This document shows positions 20,809 to 30,594 of a stretch of 64,000 nt of DNA, piece by piece (the first letter of the stretch is position 1; the number at the start of each line of letters is the position of its first letter). Made by a program: the position numbers and the translations under genes. Under the pieces are notes generated by a model. The model saw nothing but the letters and a program-made list of their open reading frames with translations, had not been told where the DNA came from and searched no databases. Source of the stretch: Sphingomonadales bacterium (GTDB lineage: Bacteria > Pseudomonadota > Alphaproteobacteria > Sphingomonadales > Sphingomonadaceae); NCBI GenBank assembly GCA_017302615.1, contig JAFLDB010000006.1, positions 68,284-132,283 of the forward strand, in the 5' to 3' direction.

Positions 20809-20841
20809 AAAAGGGGCGCGAAGGTTGCCCCTCGCGCCCCG
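20809..20841 (-). terminator. Rho-independent terminator of the small lipoprotein gene
   Basis: Minus strand GGGGCGCGA-GGGGCAACCT-TCGCGCCCC followed by TTTT. Confidence 0.75.
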
Positions 20842-20869
20842 ATCCGTGTGTGCCGAAAGGCCCGGAAGA

Positions 20870-21139
20870 TTACATCTTCTTGGCGGCTTCCTCAGCAGCG
20901 GCAGCGGCTTCAGCAGCAGCGCCTTCGGCAGCGGCGCCGGCTTCCTTGGCAGCGCCTTCAGCCTTGTCGGCGGCTTCCGAAACGGTGGCGGCAGCGTCGG
21001 TGGCGACAGCAGCAGCGTCCGAAGCGGCGTCGGTGGCGGCTTCAACGGCTTCCGAAGCGGTAGCAGCCGGATCAGCAGCTTCCTGCGAGCAAGCCGAAAC
21101 GGCGAGAGCGGCGACAGCGGCGAGAACGATCTTGCGCAT
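20870..21139 (-). CDS. Small Ala/Glu-rich low-complexity lipoprotein
   Basis: MRKIVLAAVAALAVSAC lipobox, then A/E/D/T-rich repeats; own terminator; start set at ATG 21139. Confidence 0.75.
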   Translation of the reverse strand: MRKIVLAAVAALAVSACSQEAADPAATASEAVEAATDAASDAAAVATDAAATVSEAADKAEGAAKEAGAAAEGAAAEAAAAAEEAAKKM

Positions 21140-21423
21140 GATTTCAATTCCTTGACAGTAGTGGACCACGCCCGATCCCCCTTGCCCGAAGGCGCCCTGG
21201 ACCGACCGGAAAGACTACCTTTACGGTAGACTTCGACCGCGCATTTAGTGGCCTTGCAACCGCGATGCAAGCGATTGTCGATAGGCCGATTCCAAGTGGC
21301 GCAAATCCGCCATTTGTCACGCCCGGTCAGCAGGTTCCGGGTCGAACCGAGAGATGCGCAAGACGAAATTCACCATGTGATTCGCGCCTTACCCTGCGAC
21401 GCCGGCCCTGCTAGGCAGTCCCC

Positions 21424-24258
21424 ATGGAAGCCAAGCAGCATCTCTATCTGGTCGACGGATCGTCCTATATCTTCCGCGCCTATCACCGCCTGCCACCGCT
21501 GACCAATCCGGCCGGGGTGCCGGTCGGCGCGGTCTATGGTTATACCACCATGCTGTGGAAGCTGGCCGACGATCTGAACAAGGCGGACGGCCCGACCCAC
21601 ATGGCGGTGATCCTCGACGCTAGCGGCAAGAGCTTCCGCAATGACATCTTCCCCGATTACAAGGCCAACCGCCCGCCCCCGCCGGAAGACCTGAAGCCCC
21701 AGTTCCCGCTGGTACGTGACGCGACCCGCGCCTTCAGCCTGCCGTGTATCGTGGAACAGGGTCTCGAAGCCGACGACCTGATCGCCTCCTATGCCCGCGC
21801 CGCCTGCGAACGCGGCTGGGACGTGACGATCGTTTCGTCCGACAAGGATCTGATGCAACTGGTCGGTCCCTGCGGCGGCGGGCATATCGACATGCTCGAC
21901 ACCATGAAGAACGTCCGGATCGACATTCCCGAGGTCGAGGAAAAGTTCGGCGTGGTGCCGGATCTGGTCGGTGACGTTCTGGCGCTGATGGGCGATGCGG
22001 TGGACAATATCCCGGGCATTCGGGGGATCGGACCCAAGACCGCGACCAAGTTGATCCAGGAGCACGGCAGCCTGGAAGCCGCACTTGCCGCAGCAGAGGG
22101 CATGAAGCCGTCCAAGCTGCGCGACAATCTGATCGAGCATGCCGAGATGGCCCGCCTGTCGCGCGTGCTCGTCGCACTGAAGGAAGACTGCCCCCTGCCC
22201 CAGGCGCTTGACGACCTGAAGCTGGGCACGATCCCGCCCGATCCGCTGGCGGCTTTCCTTGAGGAACACGGGTTCAATTCGCTGCTCAAGCGGCTCGGCG
22301 ATGGACGTGGCAGTCCCGAACGCAAGGTGCAGCTGCACCCGGCCAAGCCAGTCACCGCCGGGACCGGACCGGTGCAGGGCGGCAGCCGCCAGCCGCTGCC
22401 GGATCTGCCTGCGATCGACCGCAGCCTTTACACCTGCGTGCAGGACGAAGCCGTGCTGGCCGACTGGATCGACCGCGCGATGGCCGCGCGGCTGGTCGCT
22501 TTCGACACCGAGACCAGCGCGCTGGATGCGATCTCGGCCGATCTGGTCGGCGTCAGCCTTGCACTCGGCCCGGGACAGGCCTGCTACATCCCGCTGGGCC
22601 ATGGCGGGACCGACATGTTTGCCGAACGGCCACGCCAGATCGACCGCGCGCGGGCGCTCGCCATGCTGAAGCCGCTGCTGGAAAGCGATGCGGTGCTGAA
22701 GGTTGGGCAGAACGCCAAGTACGATCTCAACGTCCTGGCCCGCCACGGGATCGACGTTGCCCCGCTGGACGATACCATGGTGCTGAGCTTCGACCTCGAT
22801 GCCGGGCGCAGCAGCGACGGTATCGGGGGCGGCCACGGCATGGACGAGCTGGCCATGCGCCACCTTGGCCACACCTGCATCGCTTTCAAGGATGTCTGCG
22901 GCACCGGCAAGAAAGCGATCTCCTTTGCCGAGGTGCCGCTGGACCGCGCGACCGAATATGCCGCCGAGGATGCCGAGGTAACCTGGCGGCTCCACCGCCT
23001 GCTGAAACATCGCCTGCCGGATGAGGGCGCAACGCGAGTCTATGAACGGGTCGACCGCCCGCTGGTGCCGGTGGTGGCGCAGATGGAGCGCCACGGCATC
23101 AAGGTCGACCGTGAGCGTCTGGCCGGTCTGTCCGCCACGTTTGCCGAGGAAATTGCCAAGCTGGAGGGCGAGATTCATGCCCTGGCCGGGCAGCCCTTCA
23201 CCATCGGCAGTCCCAAACAGCTGGGCGAAATCCTGTTCGACAAACTGGGCTTCAAGGGCGGAAAGAAGGGCAAGACCGGGCAGTATTCCACCGACCAGTC
23301 GGTGCTGGAAGGGCTGGCCGGTGAAGGCGCGGCTATTGCCACCAAGGTGCTGGAATGGCGCCAGCTGTCCAAGCTGCGCAGCACCTACACCGAAGCTTTG
23401 CAGGAAGCGATCAATCCGCAGACCGGCCGGGTTCATACCTCCTACTCGCTGGTCGGCGCTCAGACCGGGCGGCTCAGTTCGACCGAACCCAATCTGCAAA
23501 ACATTCCGATCCGCACCGAAATCGGCCGCCAGATCCGCGACGCCTTTGTGGCGGAGCCCGGCAACGTGATCCTGGCGGCCGACTACAGCCAGATCGAACT
23601 GCGCCTCGCCGCACACATGGCCGACGTGCCGGAGCTGAAGGAAGCCTTCGCCGCCGGCGAGGACATCCACGCCCGCACCGCGCAGGAGATGTTCGGCGAG
23701 GTCAACCGCGACACCCGCGGCCGGGCCAAGACGGTCAACTTCGCGATCCTCTATGGCATCAGCCGCTGGGGCCTGGCGGGACGGCTGGGGGTCACCCCGG
23801 AAGAGGCCCAGGCCACGATCGACCTCTATTTCCAGCGCTTCCCCGGCATCCAGCGCTACATCCACGAAACCCTGGCTAGCGTGCGCGAGAAGGGCTTCTC
23901 CGAAACGCTGTTCGGGCGGAAATGCTGGTTCCCGCGGATCACCTCGTCCAACCAGAACGAGCGCGCGGGATCGGAACGCGCCGCGATCAACGCGCCGATC
24001 CAGGGCACGTCAGCCGACATCATCAAGCGCGCGATGGTGCGGATGATGCCCGCGCTGGCGGCGGCCGGCCTTGGCCAAGTAAAAATGCTGCTGCAGGTCC
24101 ACGACGAACTGGTGTTCGAACTGCCGGAGAGTGATGTGGCAGCGGCCAGCGAAGTGATCCGCAGCGTGATGGCCGGCGCGGCGGAACCGGCCGTGCAGCT
24201 CAGCGTGCCGCTCGGCGTGGAGATCGGCACCGGCCCCAGCTGGGGCGCGGCGCACTGA
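21424..24258 (+). CDS. polA: DNA polymerase I
   Basis: 5'-3' exonuclease LVDGSSYIFRAYH, EADDLIAS; polymerase motifs ADYSQIELR, AKTVNFAILYG, LLQVHDELVFE. Confidence 0.98.
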   Translation: MEAKQHLYLVDGSSYIFRAYHRLPPLTNPAGVPVGAVYGYTTMLWKLADDLNKADGPTHMAVILDASGKSFRNDIFPDYKANRPPPPEDLKPQFPLVRDATRAFSLPCIVEQGLEADDLIASYARAACERGWDVTIVSSDKDLMQLVGPCGGGHIDMLDTMKNVRIDIPEVEEKFGVVPDLVGDVLALMGDAVDNIPGIRGIGPKTATKLIQEHGSLEAALAAAEGMKPSKLRDNLIEHAEMARLSRVLVALKEDCPLPQALDDLKLGTIPPDPLAAFLEEHGFNSLLKRLGDGRGSPERKVQLHPAKPVTAGTGPVQGGSRQPLPDLPAIDRSLYTCVQDEAVLADWIDRAMAARLVAFDTETSALDAISADLVGVSLALGPGQACYIPLGHGGTDMFAERPRQIDRARALAMLKPLLESDAVLKVGQNAKYDLNVLARHGIDVAPLDDTMVLSFDLDAGRSSDGIGGGHGMDELAMRHLGHTCIAFKDVCGTGKKAISFAEVPLDRATEYAAEDAEVTWRLHRLLKHRLPDEGATRVYERVDRPLVPVVAQMERHGIKVDRERLAGLSATFAEEIAKLEGEIHALAGQPFTIGSPKQLGEILFDKLGFKGGKKGKTGQYSTDQSVLEGLAGEGAAIATKVLEWRQLSKLRSTYTEALQEAINPQTGRVHTSYSLVGAQTGRLSSTEPNLQNIPIRTEIGRQIRDAFVAEPGNVILAADYSQIELRLAAHMADVPELKEAFAAGEDIHARTAQEMFGEVNRDTRGRAKTVNFAILYGISRWGLAGRLGVTPEEAQATIDLYFQRFPGIQRYIHETLASVREKGFSETLFGRKCWFPRITSSNQNERAGSERAAINAPIQGTSADIIKRAMVRMMPALAAAGLGQVKMLLQVHDELVFELPESDVAAASEVIRSVMAGAAEPAVQLSVPLGVEIGTGPSWGAAH

Positions 24259-24262
24259 TCTC

Positions 24263-26563
24263 CTAACCGTGCTTCTTGTCGCGGGTCGATTCCACCATGC
24301 CCGGGGCGATGAAGCCGATCGGGTTGAGATTGACCGCCGCCGCGCGCTTTTTCAGCTCGCCGCGCATCTTGAGGTACTCGGCCTCCATTTCCGGCGAGAC
24401 AGTGGCGCGCGAATCCGCCAGCGCCTTGCGGAAATCGTCAGCCGAAACGGTCTTGACCTTGGCCCCGTGGGCGCGGATCGCGTTCATCCCCGCGCGGCGG
24501 GTCAGGTCTTCCAGATCGGCGCCGGTAAACCGCTCCGCCTCGCGCGCTATTCCGCCAAGATCGACGTCCTTGGCCAGCGGCATGTCCCGCGTGTGGATCT
24601 TCAGGATATGCTCGCGGCCCGCAGCATCGGGCGTGCCGACATAGACCAGTTCGTCCAGCCGGCCCGGACGCAGCAGCGCCGGATCGACGAGGTTCGGCCG
24701 GTTGGTCGCACCAATCACCACCACGGATGACAACTCTTCCATCCCGTCCATTTCGGCCAGGATCGTGTTGACCACCCGCGCGGTCACCTGCGGCTCATTC
24801 GCGCCGCTGCCACGCGCCGGGACCAGGCTGTCGATCTCGTCGATGAACACCACGCAGGGGGCAACCTGCCGGGCGCGGGCAAACAGCCGGCTGATCTGCT
24901 GTTCGCTCTCGCCGTACCATTTGGACAGGAGGTCGCTCGACTTGATCGAGATGAAATTCGCCTCGCTCTCCTTGGCAACCGCCTTGGCCAGCAGGGTCTT
25001 GCCCGTGCCGGGCGGGCCATAGAGCAGAAAGCCCTTGGCCGGCCGGATGCCGAGCCGCCGGAACGCCTCGGGGTTCCTCAGCGGCAGTTCGATCCCTTCC
25101 TTCAGCTTGTCCTGCGCCTCGTCCGCACCGCCGATATCGGCCCAGCCCAGATTCGGCACCTGGACCATCACTTCGCGCATGGCCGATGGCTGGACGCGCT
25201 TCAGAGCAGAGAGGAAGTCGTCACGGGTGACGGTCAGTTGCTCCAGCACTTCGGGCGGGATCGTCCGGGCTTCCAGGTCCAGCTGCGGCATGATCCGGCG
25301 CACCGCGTCCATTGCCGCCTCGCGCGCCAGCGCGCCAAGGTCGGCACCGACGAAGCCGTGGGTAGTGCGGGCCAGCTCGTCCAGATGGACTCCTTCGGCC
25401 AGCGGCATGCCACGGGTGTGGATCCCCAGGATCTCGCGCCGGCCACTTTCATCCGGCACGCCGACCACGATCTCGCGGTCGAACCGGCCGGGGCGGCGCA
25501 GCGCTTCGTCGATCGCGTCGGGCCGGTTGGTGGCGGCAATCACCACGATGTTGGACTTGGTGTTCAATCCGTCCATCAAGGTCAGCAACTGGGCGACCAG
25601 CCGCTTTTCCGCCTCACCCGGCGAGCCGGACCGCTTGGGCGCAATTGAATCGATCTCGTCGATGAAGACGATCGACGGCGCCGCCTTGGCTGCTTCCTCG
25701 AACACCTCGCGCAGGCGCCGCTCGCTCTCGCCATAGGCGCTACCCATGATTTCCGGGCCGTTGATCGTGAAAAAGCTCGCATCGCTTTCGTTCGCCACGG
25801 CCTTGGCCAGCCGCGTCTTGCCGGTGCCCGGCGGGCCGTGCAGCAGGACGCCCTTGGGCGGATCGACCCCGAGGCGGGTGAACAGTTCGGGATAGCGCAG
25901 CGGCAGTTCCACCATTTCGCGCAGCTGCCGGATCGTATCGCCCATCCCGCCGACGTCGTCATAGTTGACCTCGCCTCGGCCAGCGCGGGCTTCCTCGAAT
26001 TCCTCGCGCAGTTCGACTTCGGTGTTCTCATCGATGTGGACAATGCCCTTCGGCACGGTCGAAACGACGGTCAGACGGATCTGGGTCAGGGCGAAGGCCG
26101 GGGCATTGAACATCCGGGCCACTTCGGGCGGCATGTCGCGGACCTGTTGCTGGCCGGTGGTGGCAACGACGTCCCCGGCGACCAGCGCGCGGCCGAAGAA
26201 GTTGCGCTTCAGTGCCTGGCCCGGTCCTTGAAGGCGCATCTCGCGCTGGGCCGGGGCAAAAATCACACGGGTGGCGGGCTTGCTTTCGGCCTTGCGGACC
26301 TGAACGTGATCACCCGATCCCGCCTCGGCATTGCCGCGTTGCAGGCCGTCGAGGCGAATTACCTCCAGCCCCTCGTCCTCGGCATAGGCGGCCTGGACCC
26401 GGGCGGCGGTGGTGCGCTTGCCCTCGATCTCGATCACATCGCCTTCGGTGACACCAAGAGCCGAAAAGGCCGAGCGCGGCAGCCGGGCAAAGCCGTTGCC
26501 GCTTTCTTCCTGCCGCGCCGCGGCGACCTGAAGCTTGACGGATGCGGGAGAAGTTTCGGCCAT
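24263..26563 (-). CDS. CDC48/p97/VAT-family AAA+ ATPase
   Basis: N-domain; D1 [24 protein letters not shown]; D2 [29 protein letters not shown]; ALRRPGRFD and LLRPGRLD second regions of homology. Confidence 0.93.
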   Translation of the reverse strand: MAETSPASVKLQVAAARQEESGNGFARLPRSAFSALGVTEGDVIEIEGKRTTAARVQAAYAEDEGLEVIRLDGLQRGNAEAGSGDHVQVRKAESKPATRVIFAPAQREMRLQGPGQALKRNFFGRALVAGDVVATTGQQQVRDMPPEVARMFNAPAFALTQIRLTVVSTVPKGIVHIDENTEVELREEFEEARAGRGEVNYDDVGGMGDTIRQLREMVELPLRYPELFTRLGVDPPKGVLLHGPPGTGKTRLAKAVANESDASFFTINGPEIMGSAYGESERRLREVFEEAAKAAPSIVFIDEIDSIAPKRSGSPGEAEKRLVAQLLTLMDGLNTKSNIVVIAATNRPDAIDEALRRPGRFDREIVVGVPDESGRREILGIHTRGMPLAEGVHLDELARTTHGFVGADLGALAREAAMDAVRRIMPQLDLEARTIPPEVLEQLTVTRDDFLSALKRVQPSAMREVMVQVPNLGWADIGGADEAQDKLKEGIELPLRNPEAFRRLGIRPAKGFLLYGPPGTGKTLLAKAVAKESEANFISIKSSDLLSKWYGESEQQISRLFARARQVAPCVVFIDEIDSLVPARGSGANEPQVTARVVNTILAEMDGMEELSSVVVIGATNRPNLVDPALLRPGRLDELVYVGTPDAAGREHILKIHTRDMPLAKDVDLGGIAREAERFTGADLEDLTRRAGMNAIRAHGAKVKTVSADDFRKALADSRATVSPEMEAEYLKMRGELKKRAAAVNLNPIGFIAPGMVESTRDKKHG

Positions 26564-26594
26564 TTGCGTTCCAGACTGCTTGCGTTGAATGCAA

Positions 26595-26623
26595 AGCTAG
26601 GAACGGTCTGCGGCAATTGCAAA
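26595..26623 (-). promoter_or_regulatory. Possible RpoH-type promoter for the CDC48 gene
   Basis: Minus strand TTTGCA-N16-CCTAGCT resembles the alphaproteobacterial RpoH consensus CTTGAA-N16-CCTATAT (recalled consensus; several mismatches). Confidence 0.35.
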
Positions 26624-26640
26624 CTGCGCCGGTGAAAGAC

Positions 26641-26710
26641 AAAAAAATGGCCGGGTCGTTGCCGACCCGGCCTTTGGAAGTTTTGGGAGAGGATGCCTGA
26701 AAGGCAGGCT
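26641..26710 (-). ncRNA. suhB: SuhB/MmgR (alpha-r8)-type small RNA
   Basis: Minus strand: short hairpin UGCCU-UUC-AGGCA, single-stranded anti-SD UCCUCUCCC, then GGCCGGGUCG-GCAA-CGACCCGGCC terminator + U7; TTGCAC -35-like element upstream; ends approximate. Confidence 0.75.
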
Positions 26711-26933
26711 CTAAGTGGGCCAACCCCGGGTTTTGTGCAAGTGCGAAAAGCGCATGACTGGTTGCGTAATTTGCAACATCTGTTCAGTTGTACGCAAGAT
26801 GGGCGCGAATCCGGGCTTTCCCGACCCGAAGAAGGCTGAGTCCATCCCTTTCGGACAGGTGCAGACGCAGCAAATGCCGCAGTGCAACATGACACTGCGG
26901 CATTTGCGAAAGGCCCGTGGCCGGAATCTATTC

Positions 26934-27719
26934 TTAGTGTGCCATCAGCAATGGCGGGGCTGCCTGGTCTTCAAGGAAGTACCGCGAGACCCCGCCGAAC
27001 AGGAATTCGCGCACCCGGCTGTGACCGAATGCACCCATCACCAGCAGATCCGCCCCGAGCCGGGCTGCGGCAACCGCCAGCGTCTCTTCAACCGAGCCCT
27101 GCTTGTCCAGCTCGTGCAGTTCGGCCTTGACGTCGTGCCGCGCCAGATAACGCAGCGCGTCGGTCGGTGGGAAGCCTTCGGCCTTTTCGGTCAGGACAGT
27201 CAGTACATGGACATCGCCGCAATCCCGCAGCAGCGGAGCCGCGCCGCGCAGAGCTGCCGCGGCCTCGTCGCTGCCATCCCAGGCCACGCAGGCCTTGGCC
27301 AGCGGAAAGCGCAAGACCTGCTGCTGCGACAGGACCAGCACCGGGCATCCGGCCTCTACCGCAAGGTCCCCGGCATAGCCGCAATCGCGCGAAACAATGG
27401 CAATGTCGGCCAGCCGCGCGCCGGCGATCATCGCCTCCAGCGGCTGGGTTTCGAACTGCACCACATCGAACGGCACATCGTCGGCCGCCAGCCGTCCGGC
27501 AAAGGCCTCTGCCAGGGCATCGTCATCGGCCAGGGCCGCATCCAGCGCCTCGCGCGCGACGTATGTACCGCCATAGGGATCAACCGTGACATAGCGGTCG
27601 ATCGGAGTGTCGATTGCCAAGGTGACGTGGCCTTCCACTGCACGAGCAAGGAACATTGCCGTATCGAGCCGTGCCGTCATTCCCTTGTCGCGACCGGCCT
27701 GAACCAGAATCGAACGCAT
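26934..27719 (-). CDS. Universal stress protein (tandem Usp domains)
   Basis: MRSILVQ start with AAGGAGAGG RBS; CVAWDGSDEAAAAL; ADLLVMGAFGHSRVREFLFGGVSR. Confidence 0.9.
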   Translation of the reverse strand: MRSILVQAGRDKGMTARLDTAMFLARAVEGHVTLAIDTPIDRYVTVDPYGGTYVAREALDAALADDDALAEAFAGRLAADDVPFDVVQFETQPLEAMIAGARLADIAIVSRDCGYAGDLAVEAGCPVLVLSQQQVLRFPLAKACVAWDGSDEAAAALRGAAPLLRDCGDVHVLTVLTEKAEGFPPTDALRYLARHDVKAELHELDKQGSVEETLAVAAARLGADLLVMGAFGHSRVREFLFGGVSRYFLEDQAAPPLLMAH

Positions 27720-27771
27720 GGTGCCTCTCCTTTCGATGACTTCATCGTGCCACCTTGCCGCGCCCCACTCC

Positions 27772-27785
27772 ATGACTTGCGTCAA
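27772..27785. promoter_or_regulatory. FNR/FixK-like box ATGAC-TTGC-GTCAA
   Basis: One mismatch from TTGAC-N4-GTCAA, 53-66 bp upstream of the usp start, between divergent genes. Confidence 0.5.
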
Positions 27786-27829
27786 ATGCGCGGGTGCGTC
27801 AGGGCTGGACCATAACACAGGAGGATGCC

Positions 27830-28489
27830 TTGACGGATTCGCGTTTCGAAGCGGTCATTTTCGATTTCGGCGGCGTGATCACCGCCTCGCCGTTCGAGGC
27901 GTTCAACCGGCTGGAGGCGGAGCGCGGTCTGCCGCGGGACTTCATCCGCACCGTCAATGCCACCAATCCCGATCACAACGCCTGGGCCCTGTTCGAACGG
28001 GCCGAGATCGATGCCGCCCGGTTCGACGCGCTGTTCGCGGCCGAAGCCGAGGCGCTCGGCCATGCGCTGGACGGGGCATCGGTGCTGGCAGTCCTGTCGG
28101 GCTCGATTCGCCCGGCAATGGTCGGCGCGCTCGATCTGCTGGCAGCCGAGGGCTATCGCCTCGCCTGCATTACCAACAATGTCCCGGCCGGTCACGGCGC
28201 CGGCATGGCCCGCAGCGGTGATGCCAAGGACGCCTATGAGCAGGTTTTCGCCCGGTTCGAGCATGTCATCGAAAGCAGCAAGGCCGGGGTGCGCAAGCCC
28301 GATCCGCGGATCTACCTGATGATGTGCGAGAAGCTGGGGCTGGAGCCGGCCGCGTGCATCTACCTCGACGATCTGGGCATCAACTGCAAACCCGCCGCGC
28401 AGCTGGGCATGCATGCGATCAAGGTGACCAGTGGCGAACAGGCACTGGCCGACCTGTCCGCCGTGCTTGGGCTTGCGCTTCCTGCATAA
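27830..28489 (+). CDS. HAD-superfamily phosphatase (epoxide-hydrolase-N-terminal/ACAD10-N-like)
   Basis: AVIFDFGGVI, CITNN, GVRKPDPRIY, IYLDDLGINC; probable TTG start at 27830 after GGAGG. Confidence 0.85.
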   Translation: MTDSRFEAVIFDFGGVITASPFEAFNRLEAERGLPRDFIRTVNATNPDHNAWALFERAEIDAARFDALFAAEAEALGHALDGASVLAVLSGSIRPAMVGALDLLAAEGYRLACITNNVPAGHGAGMARSGDAKDAYEQVFARFEHVIESSKAGVRKPDPRIYLMMCEKLGLEPAACIYLDDLGINCKPAAQLGMHAIKVTSGEQALADLSAVLGLALPA

Positions 28490-28585
28490 GCCGTTGCGTT
28501 CCGCGCAAGCGGAAAGGCGTTAGTTGCAATTGCCACTGCCCTGCGCTTCACATAGCCGCTACGGCATTGTGACCGGGGAGTAGCG

Positions 28586-29293
28586 ATGAACAAGATCTAT
28601 CCCGATGCCGCCAGCGCCCTTGACGGGTTGCTCAAGGACGGCCTCCTGATTGCCAGCGGCGGCTTTGGCCTGTGCGGCATTCCCGAACGCCTGCTCGATG
28701 CCGTGCGCGACAGCGGCGTGAAGGACCTGACCTTCGTATCCAACAACGCCGGGATCGACGGCGAAGGCATCGGCAAGCTGCTGCGCACGCGGCAGGTGAA
28801 GAAGATGATCTCGTCCTACGTGGGCGAGAACAAGGAGTTCGAGCGGCAGTACCTGTCGGGCGAGCTGGAAGTCGAATTCTGCCCCCAGGGCACCCTGGCC
28901 GAGCGGATGCGGGCTGGCGGCGCAGGCATTCCCGGCTTCTATACCAAGACCGGGGTCGGCACGCTGGTGGCCGAAGGCAAGGAGAGCAAGCTCTTCAATG
29001 GCGAGGAGTACATCCTCGAAGCCGGGATCTTTGCCGACCTCGCGCTGGTCAAGGGGTGGAAAGCCGACACCACCGGCAACGTCGTGTTCCGCAAGACCGC
29101 GCGCAATTTCAACGTGCCCGCGGCGCAGTGCGGCAAGGTCTGCGTGGTCGAAGTGGAAGAGATCGTCCAGCCGGGCGAACTCGATCCCGATGCGATCCAC
29201 CTGCCCGGGGTCTATGTCCAGCGGCTGATCAACGGCAGCCCCTATGACAAGAAGATCGAGTTCCGCACCACTCGCAGCACGGATGTAGGCTGA
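28586..29293 (+). CDS. scoA: 3-oxoacid CoA-transferase subunit A
   Basis: [54 protein letters not shown]. Confidence 0.9.
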   Translation: MNKIYPDAASALDGLLKDGLLIASGGFGLCGIPERLLDAVRDSGVKDLTFVSNNAGIDGEGIGKLLRTRQVKKMISSYVGENKEFERQYLSGELEVEFCPQGTLAERMRAGGAGIPGFYTKTGVGTLVAEGKESKLFNGEEYILEAGIFADLALVKGWKADTTGNVVFRKTARNFNVPAAQCGKVCVVEVEEIVQPGELDPDAIHLPGVYVQRLINGSPYDKKIEFRTTRSTDVG

Positions 29294-29952
29294 TGACCAA
29301 GCACGACAACATCGCCCAGGGCTGGAGCCGCGACCAGATGGCCGCCCGCGCCGCGCAGGAACTGCGCGACGGTTACTACGTCAACCTCGGCATCGGCATC
29401 CCGACGCTGGTGGCCAACCACGTGCCCGCCGGGATCACCGTGACGCTCCAGTCGGAGAACGGGATGCTGGGCATCGGCCCCTTCCCGACCGAGGACGAGG
29501 TCGACGCCGACCTGATCAACGCCGGCAAGCAGACCATCAGCGAACTGCCGCATTCGGCCTATTTCGACAGTGCCGCCAGCTTTGCCATGATCCGTGGCGG
29601 CAAGATCGACCTGACTGTGCTGGGCGGGATGGAAGTGTCCGAAAACGGGGACATCGCCAACTGGATGGTACCCGGCAAGATGATCAAGGGCATGGGCGGC
29701 GCGATGGACCTGGTCGCCGGGGTCAAGAAGATCATCGTGGTGATGGAACACTGCGCCAAGGACGGCAGCCCCAAGTTCATCCCGGCCTGCACTCTGCCGC
29801 TGACGGGCCGCAACGTGGTCGACATGGTCATCACGGACCTTGCGGTTTTCCAAAGGCCGGACCACACTTCGCCCTTCAGGCTGATCGAGCTGGCTCCGGG
29901 CGTCACCGCAGAGGACGTCAAGGCACGGACGACGGCCCATTACATAACCTAG
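29293..29952 (+). CDS. scoB: 3-oxoacid CoA-transferase subunit B
   Basis: [16 protein letters not shown] (catalytic Glu), GMGGAMDLV. Confidence 0.9.
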   Translation: MTKHDNIAQGWSRDQMAARAAQELRDGYYVNLGIGIPTLVANHVPAGITVTLQSENGMLGIGPFPTEDEVDADLINAGKQTISELPHSAYFDSAASFAMIRGGKIDLTVLGGMEVSENGDIANWMVPGKMIKGMGGAMDLVAGVKKIIVVMEHCAKDGSPKFIPACTLPLTGRNVVDMVITDLAVFQRPDHTSPFRLIELAPGVTAEDVKARTTAHYIT

Positions 29953-29969
29953 AGAGGGACTGAGGCCAT

Positions 29970-30590
29970 ATGACGATCCGTGTGCACCACCTGAAGATAT
30001 CGCGCTCCACACGGATCATCTGGCTGATGGAAGAGCTGGGCCTGCCATACGAGCTGGTCCAGCACACCCGCGGCGAGGACTTCCGCTCGCCGCCTTCGCT
30101 CTATGACGTCCACCCGCTGGGCAAGGCTCCGGCGGTGGAAGTGGACGGCCGGACCATGGTCGAAAGTTCGGCCATCATCGAATACATTGTCGACCGGTTC
30201 GGCGGCGGCAAGCTGCTTCCGCCGGACAGCGGCCGCGCCGAGTATCTTGAATGGCTGCACTTTGCCGAAGGCACGCTGGGCATGCCGATGCTGATGCGGC
30301 TGCTTGGCCCGCGGCTGGGTCTGCCCGATGGCGCACTCGGCTGGATGGATGCCGAACTGACCAAGCAGCTCGACTGGGTCGAAAGCCAGCTGGAAGGCAA
30401 GGAGTTCCTGTGCGGCGATACCTTCACCGGGGCGGACATCAACCTTGAGTACCTGCTGGAACACGCTGAAACGCTGGGCCAGGTCGCTCCGCGTCCCAAT
30501 CTGTCGCGCTATCTTGCTGCCCTGAAGGCCCGGCCCGCCTATGTGAAGGCGATCGAACTGGGCGGCCCGATCACCCTGCCGCGGAGCTGA
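29970..30590 (+). CDS. Glutathione S-transferase
   Basis: SRSTRIIWLMEELG, HPLGKAPA, ESSAIIEY. Confidence 0.9.
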   Translation: MTIRVHHLKISRSTRIIWLMEELGLPYELVQHTRGEDFRSPPSLYDVHPLGKAPAVEVDGRTMVESSAIIEYIVDRFGGGKLLPPDSGRAEYLEWLHFAEGTLGMPMLMRLLGPRLGLPDGALGWMDAELTKQLDWVESQLEGKEFLCGDTFTGADINLEYLLEHAETLGQVAPRPNLSRYLAALKARPAYVKAIELGGPITLPRS

Positions 30591-30594
30591 TGCC

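Noticed and set aside
28499-28514. Short CCGCGCAAGCGG-type hairpins (also similar at ~48420 and ~62401) as a repeat family
   Set aside because: Too short and dissimilar to separate from ordinary terminators in GC-rich DNA
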